From IMG/VR virus record IMGVR_UViG_2061766007_000712: a stretch of 64,000 nucleotides of DNA; one strand, written 5' to 3'. The DNA comes from an uncultured virus (IMG/VR IMGVR_UViG_2061766007_000712). Lineage: Duplodnaviria; Heunggongvirae; Uroviricota; Caudoviricetes. The stretch's first letter is position 1, and the number at the start of each line of letters is the position of its first letter. The notes beneath the pieces were generated by a model, which saw only the letters and a list, made by a program, of their open reading frames with translations, made no database searches and had not been told where the DNA came from. The position numbers were made by a program, and so were the translations under genes. This document shows, in pieces, positions 21,008-31,493 of the stretch.

Positions 21008-21925
21008 TTATTTCTCCCTTCTAGTAAGTTTTTTAATTAATTCAACAATAAATTCTAAAATTATTGTTAAAATTGACTTCTTTTTTTCAACTATTTTTTC
21101 TTTTGCTTCATTTATTGGTTGGTAAACACTCACAATCTTCTCTAATTCTTCATCTTGTGGCTTATTTTGGCTTGTTTCGGTATCAGGTAGTGTAATTGGA
21201 CTATCTTCTCCTTTTGGCTCTATATGAGGCTCTTTTGTGGTAAATTCTAGTTCTTCACTTTCTACCCATAATGGAGTGCCTTTTACTCTTAGTTTAATTT
21301 TTATCTTATAAGTAGTATTTGGCTCTAAACCATTTATTACACTCGAAGTAGGTAAATTAACAAAATCAGCACAATTTAGACTATAAGTAGCCCAATCGTA
21401 AGCATCTTTTACATTGTCGCTAGGTTCAAATGATACTTTTACATAATCTTCACCTATTTCATCAAGATTAAACTTCTTTATTGGAATTGGGTAATAACCT
21501 TCATTAGTGTCACAATGAATATATGTTCCCATATTACAATGTACCCACACATAGTCATAACCATTCCATATACGGTTTTCATCTACTTTACAGTAAGCAT
21601 AATGTACATTATATGTATTTCTAAGTTCAGTAACAAGTTTCATACGATTTTGTAAATTGTCTTGCCATCCACTGTCGATTCTAAAATCGCAAGCACCACC
21701 TTTTAAATGGGCTGAATTAGGGTCGCCACCAACACTAGCATTACAACTAGGGCATCTATAACCACTTGAAATAGTTATAGAGCCATATTTGTTTCGTAAG
21801 TTTTGCATAACTTCTAGTAAGGAATAGTAAATACCATTCCCTACTCCGTGCCTACACTTAAACTCATCTTTTCTAAAGTTTTTGAATACTGTTCCCCATT
21901 CATTATCTTGTACTCTTTTTATCAT
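21008..21925 (-). CDS. Endolysin, peptidase M15A domain + FN3-like domain
   Basis: F...EF.C, ISSGYRC..CNASVGG..NSAHLKG.A.D, YIH.D; GLEPNTTY.I. Confidence 0.85.
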   Translation of the reverse strand: MIKRVQDNEWGTVFKNFRKDEFKCRHGVGNGIYYSLLEVMQNLRNKYGSITISSGYRCPSCNASVGGDPNSAHLKGGACDFRIDSGWQDNLQNRMKLVTELRNTYNVHYAYCKVDENRIWNGYDYVWVHCNMGTYIHCDTNEGYYPIPIKKFNLDEIGEDYVKVSFEPSDNVKDAYDWATYSLNCADFVNLPTSSVINGLEPNTTYKIKIKLRVKGTPLWVESEELEFTTKEPHIEPKGEDSPITLPDTETSQNKPQDEELEKIVSVYQPINEAKEKIVEKKKSILTIILEFIVELIKKLTRREK

Positions 21926-22446
21926 TATTTATCACCACCACTTTTTGTTATATTTTTTCTCATTTCTTCTTCTATTTCAATATTTCTTGTTGAGTTATCA
22001 GTAGTTTTTGTATATTCGAGAACTATAATTTTTGCCCAGCCACCACCATAATTACTATCAGCCTTAAATACAATATTAGTTCTATCTACATAAAAACTTA
22101 ATCTATCAGTATTACTTGTAGTTCCACTACCATATAAATCTATTGGTAAAGGGTAACAAGTACCTGATGAATTATAAGTAAAGGCTTTTTCTGCATATAT
22201 CATATCGACATTTGCAATATTATGAGGGATGGTTTTTCCATTTGTGATATTTTCACTTGTTGTTATAACTTTCCTATATAAAGGTTTGCCATTTATCCAA
22301 GTTCCAACTTTTTTTTCAGTTGATGAGTAAGCAAATAATTCATTTATATAATTGCAACTATAAGCATCAGTTTGACTATTAGAATATCCATCTAATATTG
22401 CGTTTGCAGGTATTCCACTACCTTCAGTAATCTTTCTTAAATACAT
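21925..22446 (-). CDS. Tail-associated protein, paralog of the upstream protein's C-terminal domain
   Basis: YS.TE...GTWIN.KP.YRKV ... EYTKTTD shared with 22458-24392. Confidence 0.75.
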   Translation of the reverse strand: MYLRKITEGSGIPANAILDGYSNSQTDAYSCNYINELFAYSSTEKKVGTWINGKPLYRKVITTSENITNGKTIPHNIANVDMIYAEKAFTYNSSGTCYPLPIDLYGSGTTSNTDRLSFYVDRTNIVFKADSNYGGGWAKIIVLEYTKTTDNSTRNIEIEEEMRKNITKSGGDK

Positions 22447-22457
22447 TATTATTCCTC

Positions 22458-24392
22458 CTAATCAGTAGTTTTTGTGTATTCAATTATTACATAAGCATTT
22501 TTGTTTTCCCAACTATTTCTACCAACATATAATTGAATATGGTTTGTACTAGGGTTATAAGAAATTGACATTTCCCACCCTGATTGTGCAAATTCCAAGT
22601 TCATTGCTCTACCATCACTACCATAAAATACTCCACCAATTTTTGTAACTTCATCTATATTATTTAATGTTTCACCAACATCAGTCCAAGAACCTGTATT
22701 ATTTGGAGTTGTTACTGACATTACTTTTCTATAAATAGGTTTATTGTTTATCCAAGTTCCACATACTGTTTCGGTTGTTGAATATGTTGGTAATTCATCA
22801 ATTTGTTCATAACCTTGTGGAATTGAATTGCCATCATATTTAATTATTGAACCAACAGGCAAACTTTCACCAGTAAATGGTTGACCATCCTTAAAATAAT
22901 TTCCTCTAACATCGAAATTCCCATTTACAACAGTACATTCTTTATGCCAAGACATAATTGGAATACCTTTATTAACAATGTATGTTTGATTTAAACCTGT
23001 TGTATTAATAAGGTCTGTTATTGTAATTAGAAATTCATAGTCTTTTGTATAATTGAAGAAATTTGTTGGTTCTTGAAGCAATGTATTTAAAGATACATTT
23101 GATATTGAAAAAGTATTATCAGTTATTGTTGGAGTAATAGATGTACCATTTATCCAAGTAGATGCACCTTTTTCACGATATTTCCAACTTATAGATAATG
23201 TATTATTAGTATTTGTCTTAAATGCACCATTAAAGTAATTACCATTTAAGTTTACTTTAATTTCACCACTTGTTTGACTTGCTCTTTCAAATGTTCCTGA
23301 TGCAGTAAGTTGAATATAATTGACAAGTGTTTTTGTTACTGTTTGAGTAACGGGATTGCCTCTACTATCAGTAGCAACAATATTAAATGTGCCTGTTGTT
23401 TGAGCATTTAAAGTAATAGAATATGTTCCATTACTTAATGTCATTTCTTGACCATTTACTTTTACATTTGAAATTGTAGCACTCTTTTGCCCACTTGCCT
23501 GACAAGTAATTGTTACATTTGACACACCACTTATTACATTTTCTCTACCAAGTGTATTTGTACTACTTGCATAAGTAACATTACTTATCGTTGGGTTTGC
23601 ATTTGTTATTGTACCTATTGCAGTAGTCGAACTTGTACTACCAACTTGTGTTTGACCGTTAAATGTCAATAAATCAAATGTAAATGTTGGTGTATTAGTA
23701 TTTGTCGAAGCATTGTAAATAGCAGTTAATTCACTATTGCTAAATGTAATAGTTGTTTCATTTGTTGTTATTGTTCTTGTTGCAACTTGTGTATTTCCTA
23801 TCTTGATGTTTAATGTATGTGTTTTGGAACTATCGTTTATTGTAACTGGAACTGTAAAATCAGTACCAACTGTAAAGTTACTTACTTGGCCTATCTTGGC
23901 ATTAAATTGCACTGATTGTGGTGTAAAATACCATCCACCACCTGAACTTCTTGCACCATAGTTTGTATTTGCTTGACCATTAATACCATAATTAATTTGA
24001 ACTCCAGTACCATCGCTTGTACTTGCGACTTGTTTTTGTGCTGTAAATAAATGAGTTAATTTATAACCTGTACCTGATGACCAATAAGACCCTGTTCTAT
24101 TAAACGATTGACCAGCAATAACGGCATTGATGTTGTAGTACATTGTACTTCCATCGCCTTCGCTACGATATTCTTGTGAATAAACCTCCATTGTATATGT
24201 AGTGACACCAGTATTTTGGTCAGTATCGTAAAAGAATTTGAAATAAGGTCTTGCATCGTAATAACTATTAGGGCTATTGCTTTGACTAATTTGGAAATAT
24301 GTAGAGTGTTCGCTTATAAAATTTGAAAACATTTGAATATCAAGTTTCATTAAATGTTGTTTATATCTTATTATTTTTTCTAAATTTGACAT
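22458..24392 (-). CDS. Minor tail/receptor-binding protein (DUF859-like)
   Basis: T/N/S-rich Ig-like repeats, collar-like LPVGSIIKYDG..IPQGY, position after baseplate genes. Confidence 0.7.
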   Translation of the reverse strand: MSNLEKIIRYKQHLMKLDIQMFSNFISEHSTYFQISQSNSPNSYYDARPYFKFFYDTDQNTGVTTYTMEVYSQEYRSEGDGSTMYYNINAVIAGQSFNRTGSYWSSGTGYKLTHLFTAQKQVASTSDGTGVQINYGINGQANTNYGARSSGGGWYFTPQSVQFNAKIGQVSNFTVGTDFTVPVTINDSSKTHTLNIKIGNTQVATRTITTNETTITFSNSELTAIYNASTNTNTPTFTFDLLTFNGQTQVGSTSSTTAIGTITNANPTISNVTYASSTNTLGRENVISGVSNVTITCQASGQKSATISNVKVNGQEMTLSNGTYSITLNAQTTGTFNIVATDSRGNPVTQTVTKTLVNYIQLTASGTFERASQTSGEIKVNLNGNYFNGAFKTNTNNTLSISWKYREKGASTWINGTSITPTITDNTFSISNVSLNTLLQEPTNFFNYTKDYEFLITITDLINTTGLNQTYIVNKGIPIMSWHKECTVVNGNFDVRGNYFKDGQPFTGESLPVGSIIKYDGNSIPQGYEQIDELPTYSTTETVCGTWINNKPIYRKVMSVTTPNNTGSWTDVGETLNNIDEVTKIGGVFYGSDGRAMNLEFAQSGWEMSISYNPSTNHIQLYVGRNSWENKNAYVIIEYTKTTD

Positions 24393-24401
24393 ATAAACCT
24401 C

Positions 24402-26027
24402 CTAAATAAATATTCCTACACCATCGCCATAGTCGTTATCGTTGATGTTTTCAAATCTTCCATTTGGTAATGTTATATACTCTTTAACAAGTAAATCTTT
24501 TGTGTAAACTAATGTTTTATCTTTGTAATCGGCAAGAGAACTTTCTTTTGCTATTTTTTCATCGTTTACATAACCTGCATAGAAAAGCATTTCATTACTT
24601 CCTGATAAATTGTCATCTATTTCAAGTCCTGCTTCATCAAGTAAAGACTTAGTAGCACTACCACTCTTTTCAATAGATAAACCATCTTTATCAAATTTAC
24701 CTATTGTATTTTGAACTGATTGAATTTGACCAGTTTCTTCATCTATATTTGTAGAAATTACTGTAACTCTATTTTCAGTTTCAGTTATTCTTTGTTCTAC
24801 ACTATTTATAATTTGATTTTGAGATGTTACTTCGCCGTTTAGATTTGCTACATTTGTATCTATTGTATCAATTCTACCTGCTTGAAATGTTATCTCATTT
24901 TTTTCGTTATTAATTTCAGTTTTTACCCATCTTCTAAATACACTTTCTCCAACAGTAGTTATGTTTTCTTGCATTTTAGTAGCCTTTACATCTACATCAA
25001 ATGTCATTGTCATAACACCTGTATATGTAAGTGTATAGTTTGCAGGGAAGGCTGTTATTGTATATCCATTCTCATCATCGTAAATTAAAACATAATCGTT
25101 AGGGTTTATCTTAGGGTTTCCTAAAATTCTACCTGTTTTTGTACTAATCATTTGGAAACTATACATTTTATCTTTTATGTTATCAATTTGGTCTTGACTT
25201 ATAATGTATGGGTTCGAAGCATCTATGTATAACTTTTGTGCTAAATCATCGCCTGCTTCAAAATCTCTTGAACCATCTTGAAATACTACTTTAGAAATTG
25301 CATAAGAATTACCAAGTTCGTATTTCTCGACTATTGATAATGGAATACATATACATTCACTATAACTTTGTGGAACACTTATTTGAACAAACTCTAAGTA
25401 CCCATCCCTGTTTATTATTGGAATTAAACCTGCTTGTTCAGCCATATAATTTATGTATTTTCTTGCTGTTATTGTATTATCATAAATCGATATAGCCATA
25501 TCATCATTATCAAAGTGTTCAATTTCAGTAGGAACACCACTTTTTGTAATAATATCTTGAAATACTTGTAAAAGTGTTGCTACACCACCATTTTGGTCTA
25601 TTACTTCTTTAGCATTGTAGTTAAAATCAAATTTAACACTATTATCTCTTAATTTAAGAGTACATTTGTTTTTATCATTAACTTCAATACTACTAATATT
25701 AAATTTACCAATTTTTACATCTTCCCAAGTACCATTTACTTTTGTACTTATTGTTATATCAACTGTATTATCAGGTGTTTGCATTAATTGGCTTATTTGA
25801 AAAACATCGTGCAATACAAGTGTTGCTTCTTTTGAAACAAAGTTATTAAGTGCAAATACACCATTATTGTTTTCAGGAAGAAATCTAGTCTTAACTGTTA
25901 ATTTCTCACAATTATCATCATCATAAGTAAAAAAGTTATCATCATTTATTACTATTAAAATTTTATTTTCTGCACCACCACTATATACTGTTTTTTCGTA
26001 ATCGGTTAGTACAATATTATTATTCAT
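24402..26027 (-). CDS. Baseplate/tail hub protein
   Basis: Position after distal tail gene; TARKYINYMAEQAG..P.INRDG.L; C-terminal coiled coil. Confidence 0.65.
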   Translation of the reverse strand: MNNNIVLTDYEKTVYSGGAENKILIVINDDNFFTYDDDNCEKLTVKTRFLPENNNGVFALNNFVSKEATLVLHDVFQISQLMQTPDNTVDITISTKVNGTWEDVKIGKFNISSIEVNDKNKCTLKLRDNSVKFDFNYNAKEVIDQNGGVATLLQVFQDIITKSGVPTEIEHFDNDDMAISIYDNTITARKYINYMAEQAGLIPIINRDGYLEFVQISVPQSYSECICIPLSIVEKYELGNSYAISKVVFQDGSRDFEAGDDLAQKLYIDASNPYIISQDQIDNIKDKMYSFQMISTKTGRILGNPKINPNDYVLIYDDENGYTITAFPANYTLTYTGVMTMTFDVDVKATKMQENITTVGESVFRRWVKTEINNEKNEITFQAGRIDTIDTNVANLNGEVTSQNQIINSVEQRITETENRVTVISTNIDEETGQIQSVQNTIGKFDKDGLSIEKSGSATKSLLDEAGLEIDDNLSGSNEMLFYAGYVNDEKIAKESSLADYKDKTLVYTKDLLVKEYITLPNGRFENINDNDYGDGVGIFI

Positions 26028-26039
26028 AATATATTCCTC

Positions 26040-26594
26040 CTACTCTTCTACAAAACTAAACTGTATGTCGGTATATTGATTTTTAAGTGGGTCACTATTA
26101 TCTATGTAATATCTATTGTATTTTACAGTGCCACTTCTATACATTTTCTTTTCAGTAAATTGCCATTCTGGTTCATAAAAGAAATAACATTTACACCATA
26201 CATCAGTTGAGTAAGAAAATAATCTATGTAATTCATCACCATTCATTGCAGTTACATTAAATTCAACAGAAGCAACATCGTGTCTAACCCTATTTCTAAC
26301 AGTTCTACCTGCTGTATTTGTATAACTATCTAAATCTACATCATTAGCACTAATATTATGAGGTGGTAATGTATTTATTCCATTTACAGTATATGGAAAC
26401 TCGTAATAACCATCACCATTAAACGACTGGATATACATTTTATCGTATTCATATTTACTATATACACTATTGGCAGGAATAGTGTTACCAATAGTGTAAT
26501 CTACTCCTGCTTCTAGTAATGTATATTCGTTGTTTGAATAAGAGTAATATTTATTTCCACTTAAGTATTTTGTGTCTTTTGTATATGTAAACAT
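26040..26594 (-). CDS. Distal-tail-like protein
   Basis: D.DS..NTAG...R.RVR...KMY...IQFSFVEE; directly after tape measure gene. Confidence 0.6.
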   Translation of the reverse strand: MFTYTKDTKYLSGNKYYSYSNNEYTLLEAGVDYTIGNTIPANSVYSKYEYDKMYIQSFNGDGYYEFPYTVNGINTLPPHNISANDVDLDSYTNTAGRTVRNRVRHDVASVEFNVTAMNGDELHRLFSYSTDVWCKCYFFYEPEWQFTEKKMYRSGTVKYNRYYIDNSDPLKNQYTDIQFSFVEE

Positions 26595-26595
26595 A

Positions 26596-29268
26596 TTAAC
26601 CTCCTATTACTATTGGACTACCGTTTGTAGTAGCCATATCTTGTAAGTCATTAATAACCTTTTTAGCAATGACTTCATCTCCAACTTGAATAATAAATGT
26701 TGGGTTAATTGATGTCGCTTTATTATTGCTATTAATTCCTTGCATTTGAGCAACATAATCTCTATTTTCCTCTTTCGTAAGAACTCTTTCACCATAGTCA
26801 AGATATGCTGGGAAATAATCGTATGGAACAAAGTCCATACCAACTTTAAGTCTTGGAACTGATAATTTATCTAATGGAGTAATATTTACACCCGGTATAA
26901 CATTTATAACGGAAATAGCACCATTTAACATTGAAACAAATGTATTTATTAATTTTTCAAAGCCTGCTAAAACTCCATTAATTACTGATTTTAAACATCC
27001 TCCAACAAAGTCAACGACTGTTGTTCCTACTGTTTTAAATATTCCAACAATTTTATCTTTTAACCATACTACTTTATCCCATAACCAAGTAAAATCATCC
27101 CATATTGGAGTTATTACATTGTTAAAGAACCATTTACCTGCTTTAACAAATAAATCTATTATTGGTTTAATAACAAGATTATATAAACCTTTAAAGAATG
27201 GAACTATGAAATCATCCCATATTGGTTTTACGATATAAGTATAAAATGCTTTTGCTAAGGCTACAAATATTTCAATTATTTTTGCAAATATTTCTCCAAT
27301 CTTTTTTATAATTTCCCAAACAGCCTTTGCAATTCCAACTACAATATCTTCTACATTTTTTACTATTGTTTTAAATATACTTACGATTGCATCGACTATT
27401 GGTGCAAAGAAACTAATAATTGGTGATATAGCATTGTCATAAATAAATTGTGCTATGCTTGTAAAAAATTCTACAACAGGGCTAATAATATATTCATTGA
27501 ACCCTTCCCATATATTTGTAAAGAACTCTTTAATTTTATTCCAATTATCTACAACCCACTCAGTTATAAATGCTGTCAATGCAACTGCCCCTGCAATAAG
27601 AGCAACAGTCCATCCTCCAAGAGCAATAGCAACACCTGCAACAACAACGGCAATACCCTCAATAATTCCAATAATTCCGTGAAAAGTATCAGTTGTTCCT
27701 TTGACAAGACCTTTTATCGACTTAAATGTTTTTACTATTCCACCACCAATTAAAGCGATTGCCCCTGCCATTTGCATAAAAGGAGTAACAAGACCACTCA
27801 TAAGTGTATCTAATGATGCCGTTCCCTCAATAAACATTTTTATTCCTGAAACTGCATTTTTTAGATATTTAACAACTCCTGCAATAGTTGCTATTAATTT
27901 ACTATTTTTAATTAAATTAAATACAGTTTTTACACCTTTTAAAAGTTTTAGTCCAACTATTGTTCCTAATATACCAGCGATTAATTTTAAATTTGTATAT
28001 GTTCCATCAGTAAATCCTAACCAATCTAAAATACTATTAGCAATTTTTTTTGCTTTCATATTTACTTCATCCATCATATCGTTATATTTGCTGAATGAGT
28101 TATTAAATGCTTCCATAATTTTTGGGTCTATTCCAGTTCCAACTCCTGCACTAGCACTACTTGTAGGTGTACTAATTACATTTAATTTATCAAAACCTCT
28201 TAAACCTTTTAGTTTATTTTTTAAATTATCTACACTTTCTCCCACATTTTCCATATCATCGAATAAATCAGCAGTCGCATCATCCATAGCAGTCAAACCA
28301 CTGTAATCGAAATCAGGCATTTTAAAACCTAGTAACGATGCGACTAGATTAAATATTTCAGTCAATACCATCAATATTGCATTAATATATGGTAATATCT
28401 TTTCTAATATTGGATAAAATACATTACCTAATGCTCTTGATACTCTATCCCATTGTTCGTGTAATATACGAATTTGGTTAGATGCACTTTCAATAGTTCT
28501 TGCATAATCGCCTTGAGATTTTTTAAGTTGTTCAGTTAATGAAATAATCATTACTAATCTTTTTTCGGCATAAGATAATTGTTTAATACTTCTATCTAGT
28601 CCTAAATCGGCGACAGTATTTTGAAGAGTTTTCTCAGTAATATCAGCACCAGTTGCAGTACGAATAGGTCTTACTTGACCTGCTAATGCTGATTGTAAAG
28701 CATTTGCCGACCTTTCAAATTTAAGGTTGTATAATGATGAAATGTCGTTAGTCATTTTAACCATTAACTCACTTAAATTCTCGGCTGTTTCGGCAGGTAA
28801 TTGCATAGCATTAGCCATTTGTTTAAATACACCAAGTTTTCTTGCTAAGTTGCTTTCATCTAGTCCATAAACCTCAGCCATTTTGTTTATAAATGCTTCA
28901 ATTCTCGCTGAACTTTCTTCTATTTCTTCGTTTGCATTTTGATAAGCAACTTCAAGTAAGTTGATATTTTCTACATAGTTAACACTTTTTTGTGACATTT
29001 CAGTCATCTTTCTTGAAAGAACACCTAATGTTTTTACAAAAATACCAAGTGTAGCAGTGCTAAATGCTTTTTTGATGTTAGTTTCAACTTTATCAGTTTT
29101 TACAGCAACTTTTTCTATTTCTTTTCCAATTGGTTGTATAGATTTTTGCCCTTCCTTTATGCCTGATAAAAGCGAATAAATTTTTTCTAGTCTTTGAGTA
29201 TATTTCTCTATGTCTTTATCCCCATTGACTATATTATCAAACTTGATGCTTATTTCATCATTTTTCAT
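26596..29268 (-). CDS. Tape measure protein
   Basis: 890 aa, helical, hydrophobic middle, W/F-periodic repeats; follows chaperone genes. Confidence 0.9.
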   Translation of the reverse strand: MKNDEISIKFDNIVNGDKDIEKYTQRLEKIYSLLSGIKEGQKSIQPIGKEIEKVAVKTDKVETNIKKAFSTATLGIFVKTLGVLSRKMTEMSQKSVNYVENINLLEVAYQNANEEIEESSARIEAFINKMAEVYGLDESNLARKLGVFKQMANAMQLPAETAENLSELMVKMTNDISSLYNLKFERSANALQSALAGQVRPIRTATGADITEKTLQNTVADLGLDRSIKQLSYAEKRLVMIISLTEQLKKSQGDYARTIESASNQIRILHEQWDRVSRALGNVFYPILEKILPYINAILMVLTEIFNLVASLLGFKMPDFDYSGLTAMDDATADLFDDMENVGESVDNLKNKLKGLRGFDKLNVISTPTSSASAGVGTGIDPKIMEAFNNSFSKYNDMMDEVNMKAKKIANSILDWLGFTDGTYTNLKLIAGILGTIVGLKLLKGVKTVFNLIKNSKLIATIAGVVKYLKNAVSGIKMFIEGTASLDTLMSGLVTPFMQMAGAIALIGGGIVKTFKSIKGLVKGTTDTFHGIIGIIEGIAVVVAGVAIALGGWTVALIAGAVALTAFITEWVVDNWNKIKEFFTNIWEGFNEYIISPVVEFFTSIAQFIYDNAISPIISFFAPIVDAIVSIFKTIVKNVEDIVVGIAKAVWEIIKKIGEIFAKIIEIFVALAKAFYTYIVKPIWDDFIVPFFKGLYNLVIKPIIDLFVKAGKWFFNNVITPIWDDFTWLWDKVVWLKDKIVGIFKTVGTTVVDFVGGCLKSVINGVLAGFEKLINTFVSMLNGAISVINVIPGVNITPLDKLSVPRLKVGMDFVPYDYFPAYLDYGERVLTKEENRDYVAQMQGINSNNKATSINPTFIIQVGDEVIAKKVINDLQDMATTNGSPIVIGG

Positions 29269-29272
29269 TTAT

Positions 29273-29797
29273 TCACTCTCCTTTCTTTTGCTTTTGTTTA
29301 TCTAAATATTGTTGTTTTAATGTTCCAAAATAAACAAGAGAGTTTTGAAATTCCTTATAATTATTTTCTTTTCGAGTTTGTTTCTCCTTAAGAAATTGTT
29401 TTCTTTCTTCTTCTTTATGTAATTCCGTATATGGCATTTTAGGGTATGTGTCAATAGGTGAATTGTCTTTTCTACCCTTAAATATGCTAGAAACTACATT
29501 TCCAATAAATTGTTTAAGAGAAGCAAATAATTTGCCATTCCCATCGTGTATGTATAGCCCTTGTAGCCAACACAAATAATCTTTTTCTTCCATTTCCCTT
29601 TTCTTTTTATTTAAAAAAGAAGTACGGTATGATACGAATAATTGTGGGTCATCTTTCCAAAACTCTTCGCTTGTCATTCCGTACTCTATTGCTTGTGGAA
29701 AAAGATAATTACAATAATATTCGTAATAAGAATTATTATATTTTTTAAGTATATCTTCTTCGTTTTCTTGATTTATTTGTTGGCTTGGGCTTTCAAG
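29273..29797 (-). CDS. Tail assembly chaperone GT extension (-1 frameshift product)
   Basis: Frame is open 40 codons upstream of the ATG at 29677, back to the slippery heptamer; GMTSEEFW motif. Confidence 0.75.
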   Translation of the reverse strand, partial: LESPSQQINQENEEDILKKYNNSYYEYYCNYLFPQAIEYGMTSEEFWKDDPQLFVSYRTSFLNKKKREMEEKDYLCWLQGLYIHDGNGKLFASLKQFIGNVVSSIFKGRKDNSPIDTYPKMPYTELHKEEERKQFLKEKQTRKENNYKEFQNSLVYFGTLKQQYLDKQKQKKGE

Positions 29798-30225
29798 TTT
29801 TTTACTTCTTGATTGTATGCTTCCCTAATTTCTATACATTCTTGTAAGTATTGTCCATATTTTTCAACTAAATATTTTGCTTTTTCATCATCTTCAAAAT
29901 ATGGTTTTAGTAATTCTTTAACTTCAGTAATAGTTAAATGATGATTAGGGTTTAACCATATTAAAAATGCTCTTTCAATAATCTTATAAAGAGTGTTTTC
30001 CTTAAGTTCAACTTCTTTTTTAATCTCTTCTTCATTTATTAAAAGAGAGTTTAAATCGAAGTCATCACTAATTTCTTCATCATCAAAATATTTGTAGAAG
30101 CCTCTTTGCATAATATCCATTGATTTTTGAATATTGCAAAGTCTATCTATTTGTATAAAACTATCTCTATTTAACTCTAAAGTATATTCTTTTCCATTTA
30201 ATTCTATTATTTCATTTCTTTTCAT
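29773..30225 (-). CDS. Tail assembly chaperone (G)
   Basis: Between major tail and tape measure genes; A AAA AAC heptamer at 29797-29803. Confidence 0.8.
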   Translation of the reverse strand: MKRNEIIELNGKEYTLELNRDSFIQIDRLCNIQKSMDIMQRGFYKYFDDEEISDDFDLNSLLINEEEIKKEVELKENTLYKIIERAFLIWLNPNHHLTITEVKELLKPYFEDDEKAKYLVEKYGQYLQECIEIREAYNQEVKNLKAQANK

Positions 30226-30333
30226 AATTATCTCCTATTTTCCATATATATTTGGCATATAAGACACTTTAAGAAGAAATTCGATAAATTATACTATCGA
30301 CACCTAAAGTGTCTTAAATAGCCGTTATTTTAA

Positions 30334-31074
30334 TTATTCTACTACAACTAAGATTGTTCTAGTAAATGAAGCATAGTCAGTTTTGCTTGCAACTAATTTA
30401 ATAATTGCAGAACCTTTTGCAACTGCACTAATTGTAATTGAATTAGTTGATGCTGTATATGCAACTGTAGCAACACCTGTAGTATCACTTGTTGCAACAA
30501 TTCCTGCATCACTTGGGTCTGTTGCTAATGCTATAGTCTTAGTTGAATTATCTCCTGTTGAAGCAAGTGTTACAACTTCATCTAATGAAGAAGTAAATAC
30601 AACTATATCTTCTACTAAATCGAAGCAGTTTTCTACATACTCATCAGCAGAAGTTGGTGTAATTGTAATTTGTCCTTGTTCTAGTGAACCTACATCAGTA
30701 TTTTGAGCCATATAACTGATTTGTCCTGAATATTTAAAACCAGTAAAATCAGGTAATAGTCTTAAGAAATCGTGAGTTTCACCCTTAATTGCTTCTAGTA
30801 TATTGATGTTATCTCTATGTGTATAGAATGGAATTGTTTTTTGAGGGTTTTCTTGGCGGCCTTCTACTGATGTTGCTTGTCTATTACCGATAGCAGTTTT
30901 TTCAAGTTGTGCTGGAGTAGAACCATTTTCACCTGTTCCTGTTACTGGTAATAAAATTGAATACTTACCATTTGATTTTTTCATAAGTAAAGCAGAACCA
31001 CGATGTTCACTTAATGCTCTATCTTCTGGTGAATTGAAAGCAAACATTTGAATATTTAATTTCATTATTTTCAT
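30334..31074 (-). CDS. Major tail tube protein with C-terminal Ig-like domain
   Basis: Position; TSDTTGVATV...ISAVAKGSAII Ig pattern; N-terminal KLNIQMFA. Confidence 0.85.
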   Translation of the reverse strand: MKIMKLNIQMFAFNSPEDRALSEHRGSALLMKKSNGKYSILLPVTGTGENGSTPAQLEKTAIGNRQATSVEGRQENPQKTIPFYTHRDNINILEAIKGETHDFLRLLPDFTGFKYSGQISYMAQNTDVGSLEQGQITITPTSADEYVENCFDLVEDIVVFTSSLDEVVTLASTGDNSTKTIALATDPSDAGIVATSDTTGVATVAYTASTNSITISAVAKGSAIIKLVASKTDYASFTRTILVVVE

Positions 31075-31493
31075 CTCCTTATTATATTTCCTCTAGCAGA
31101 ACTTACTAAACACTGAAACTGTATTGTTCTTCTCATTATGTCTTTATCAGCATTAGGGGTAAGCCTGCATAAGGTCATTTTTAAATTTTTTGAACTAAAG
31201 AATTTAATTACTAAATCAGTTAGTTCATCGTTTATTTCTTGTGAAGCAATTTCATCTTCATTTAGATATTTGTTTTTTGTATAAATATCTACTGTTAAAT
31301 ATAATTCGTTATGTCTTTCAATCATATCTATTGTACAGAAATCAGTATCTACCATATTAGATAGTAAACAAGATATAATTGGAAAATAGGTGGAGGTGCT
31401 AGTATAATTCTTCACAACTCTAGGTTGATATGAAGAATTGGCAGTAACAAATTTCTTTAATTCGCTAAAAAGTTCATTAAATTTATTTATCAA
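31071..31493 (-). CDS. Tail terminator/completion protein
   Basis: Synteny and size; FPII...VDIYT. Confidence 0.6.
   Translation of the reverse strand: MINKFNELFSELKKFVTANSSYQPRVVKNYTSTSTYFPIISCLLSNMVDTDFCTIDMIERHNELYLTVDIYTKNKYLNEDEIASQEINDELTDLVIKFFSSKNLKMTLCRLTPNADKDIMRRTIQFQCLVSSARGNIIRR

Noticed and set aside
21925..24392. Diversity-generating retroelement
   Set aside because: No reverse transcriptase, and the repeats differ far beyond adenine positions
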